NCBI GenBank assembly: GCA_964518945.1
Contig: CAZFLB010000019.1
Span: forward strand, 1 to 37,703
Direction: 5' to 3'
From: an uncultured Acidobacteriota bacterium
Lineage (GTDB): Bacteria > Acidobacteriota > Vicinamibacteria > Marinacidobacterales > SMYC01
Length of the DNA: 37,703 bases
Shown: positions 35,613-37,703 of the stretch, one piece after another
Layout: every line of letters starts with the position of its first letter
How positions within the stretch are numbered: the first letter of the stretch is position 1
Made by a program: the position numbers and the translations under genes
The notes under the pieces: model-generated
Databases searched by the model: none
Told to the model about the DNA's origin: nothing
What the model saw: only the letters and a program-made list of their open reading frames with translations

Positions 35613-35637
35613 GGCGTTCGGGCAATTGTCGAGCGCC
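35613..35637 (+). terminator. Hairpin after module C (possible terminator)
   Basis: GGCGTTCG (35613-35620) pairs with CGAGCGCC (35630-35637), giving 8 bp including one G-U pair and a 9-nt loop. It lies 19 nt after the ankyrin stop. The downstream sequence is A/T-rich but has no clean T-run. Confidence 0.3.
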
Positions 35638-35675
35638 TATCTAATTAGCAAAAGATATTCCGAGAGGAGGACACT

Positions 35676-37568
35676 ATGAGGACTGTGGTCTTTATGGTTT
35701 TAAGTTTTAGTCTGTCCAGTTTACCCCTAGCCTCTGAGAGCCAAATTAAGCCGGCTTACGAAGAAGTTATTATCGCCAAAAACGTCTTGGTGCCAATGCG
35801 TGATGGTGTGCGATTAGCTACGGATATTTATCGACCTGGAAAAAATGGTGAGGTGGTTCAAGGAAAATTACCAACTCTTCTGTCGCGCACACCTTACGGA
35901 AAGCACGGAGCTGAAGTAAATGCGAGCTTCTTCGCTCAGCACGGTTACGCAGTTGCGGTTCAAGATGTGCGTGGAAGATACGACTCAGAAGGAGAGTTCT
36001 ACATTTACGTAAATGAGGGACGAGATGGTTATGATGCGATTAATTGGGTTGCTTCGCAACCATGGAGTCGCGGAAAAGTTGCCACTTTTGGGGGTTCCTA
36101 TCTTGCAGCGACACAACACGCTCTTGCGCGAGAACAACCAGAAAGCCTCGAAGCAATGTTCGTGACTGTGAGCACTTCTAATTATTTTGAAGATGGTGCT
36201 GGCGCGGGTGGAGCCTTTGCGTTACTTCACAATCTTGTTTATGCACTTAATCTAGCGAGTACTAGTAAGGAAGCAATGGCTGAACCCTCGCGACAAACGG
36301 CACTTAAGAATGCCCTGATGAGGGAACCTTTGGAGGCTTGGCTTGGAGCCTATCCTTTTAGACCTAATGCTTCTCCTTTAGCAGTAATACCCAGTTATCA
36401 GAAGTGGTTTCAGGATTGGGTTGATCACTCGAGTTTCGATGATTATTGGAAGCAAAACGGTTATACGTTTGAGTTGTCGTACGACAAATATGCAGATATT
36501 CCGGTTTATCATGTTGGTGGATGGTACGATATTTTCCTTCGCGGAACGTTAAACAATCATGCGGGGCTTGCTGATCGCAACAAAAGCTTGACCCGTCTCA
36601 TGATAGGACCTTGGGAACATGGTGTGGGCCCACGCATCACCGGTGATGCTGATTTTGGGGAATCTGCCGAGGTGAAAATCAGAGATGAGCAACTGAAGTG
36701 GTTTGGTGCCATGCTTAAAGGGGAGCACCCTGAGGCGTTTGAGAAATCACCCGTTGACCTCTTTTTGATGGGTGGAGGAGATGGTAAACGGTCTCCAGAT
36801 GGAAAGTTGAGGCATGGTGGGAAGTGGCTTTCTCTGAATCAGTGGCCACCAAGAAGGATAGAAGCGCAGCGTTAATATTTTCATGCTAATGGCCTACTTG
36901 ACAAAAATCCACCCAGCGCTTCGAATGAACCATCAGCTTTTGTTTTTGATCCCAAAAATCCAGTTCCAAGCATCGGAGGGAAAATTAACTCAGGTGACGA
37001 TCTCGTACCTTCAGGCCCTTGGGACCAGAGATGTGTCGAAGATAAAGTGTCCGGTTGTAAAGACAACCTTCCCTTGTCAGCGCGAAGTGATGTCCTCGTT
37101 TTTCAAACTCCCCCGCTTGAAGAAGATGTAGTAATAATAGGACCGGTCTCCGTAAAGCTCTGGGTTTCTTCTTCTGCACGTGACACCGATTTCACTGCTA
37201 AATTAGTTGATGTTTATCCTTCCAGTGAAGATTACCCTGAGGGCTATGACTTGCTTCTTGCTGATCGAATTCAGCGGGCTCGTTTCCGCAATGGTCCTGG
37301 CCAAGAAGATCTGCTTGTCCCAGGTGAAGTTTTTGAGCTTACGGTTGACCTAGTAGGTGTAGCCAATAGATTTCAGAAGGGCCATCGCATTCGAGTTGAC
37401 ATTTCGAGTAGCAATTTTCCGTTTTTCGATGTCAATCCAAATACAGGTGAGCGTCTAGGACACCATACACATACGCTTACTGCGAACAATAAAGTGTTTC
37501 ACGGACCCGAGCGTGCATCACATCTGTTGTTGTCCGTTGGTTCGTTAGGGCAGCTAACCGAAAACTGA
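35676..37568 (+). pseudogene. CocE/NonD family (S15, X-Pro dipeptidyl-peptidase-like) hydrolase interrupted by one in-frame TAA (36873-36875)
   Basis: A GAGAGGAGG RBS and a signal peptide are present. The hydrolase domain carries LLSRTPYGK and the nucleophile motif FGGSYLAA. ORFs 35676-36875 and 37047-37568 are in the same reading frame. Translation straight through reads ...WPPRRIEAQR*YFHANGLLDKNPP...FVFDPKNPVPSIGG..., which continues into the family's C-terminal beta-sandwich domain (RFQKGHRIRVDISSSNFPFFDVNPNTG). Confidence 0.75.
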
Positions 37569-37703
37569 GGTTGATTGCAAGTTAGTGCTCAGCCGGGTTA
37601 CTACAATTCTCGGATGCATAGAGGCTGAAAATTTGTCTATTTGGAAGTTGCCCCGAGAAGTGATTTTCTTGTCACCCCTGACGGAAAAGGCCGACTGGTA
37701 CCG

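Noticed and set aside
36883-37131. 82-aa ORF in an alternative frame bridging the two CocE/NonD halves, which might suggest a frameshift
   Set aside because: The two halves are in the same frame, and the in-frame translation between them carries the family motifs (FDPKNPVPSIGG). The lesion is therefore a single nonsense codon, not a frameshift, and the alternative-frame ORF is incidental.

Overview
The window opens inside an rRNA operon: the 3' ~1.7 kb of 23S, then 5S, then a strong intrinsic terminator. The remaining ~36 kb is AT-leaning chromosomal DNA that mostly encodes exported or periplasmic proteins. The gene repertoire looks Planctomycetes/Verrucomicrobia-like, but the phylum cannot be fixed from this window. 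No transposases, integrases, CRISPR arrays or tRNAs were seen.

Two systems stand out:
1. A three-gene module occurs three times (5169-10810 minus, 22938-28697 minus, 30242-35594 plus). Each copy has a ~800-aa PSD-type protein with two CxxCH motifs (DUF1592/1588/1587/1585/1595), a Tat-exported DUF1552 'HXXSHH' protein, and a Sec-exported ankyrin-repeat protein ending in a Cys pair. Copies 2 and 3 sit head to head around a further CxxCH protein.
2. A translationally coupled four-gene minus-strand operon (13336-16823) encodes a haem-c domain fused to a copper monooxygenase core that keeps all six Cu-ligand motifs of peptidylglycine alpha-hydroxylating monooxygenase (PHM). It also encodes an NHL-propeller lipoprotein that keeps the Zn/Tyr/Arg motifs of peptidyl-alpha-hydroxyglycine alpha-amidating lyase (PAL). 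Together these are a split, periplasmic, bacterial version of the animal peptide-amidating enzyme PAM. A HupE/UreJ-type metal permease lies divergently upstream.

Other notable items are a Tat-lipoprotein D-amino-acid-oxidase homologue with circularly permuted motif order, an HpcH-type aldolase with a signal peptide, a tiny SEC-C-motif membrane protein, and a CocE/NonD hydrolase interrupted by a single in-frame TAA. All family assignments come from motif recognition by eye. No database search was run.
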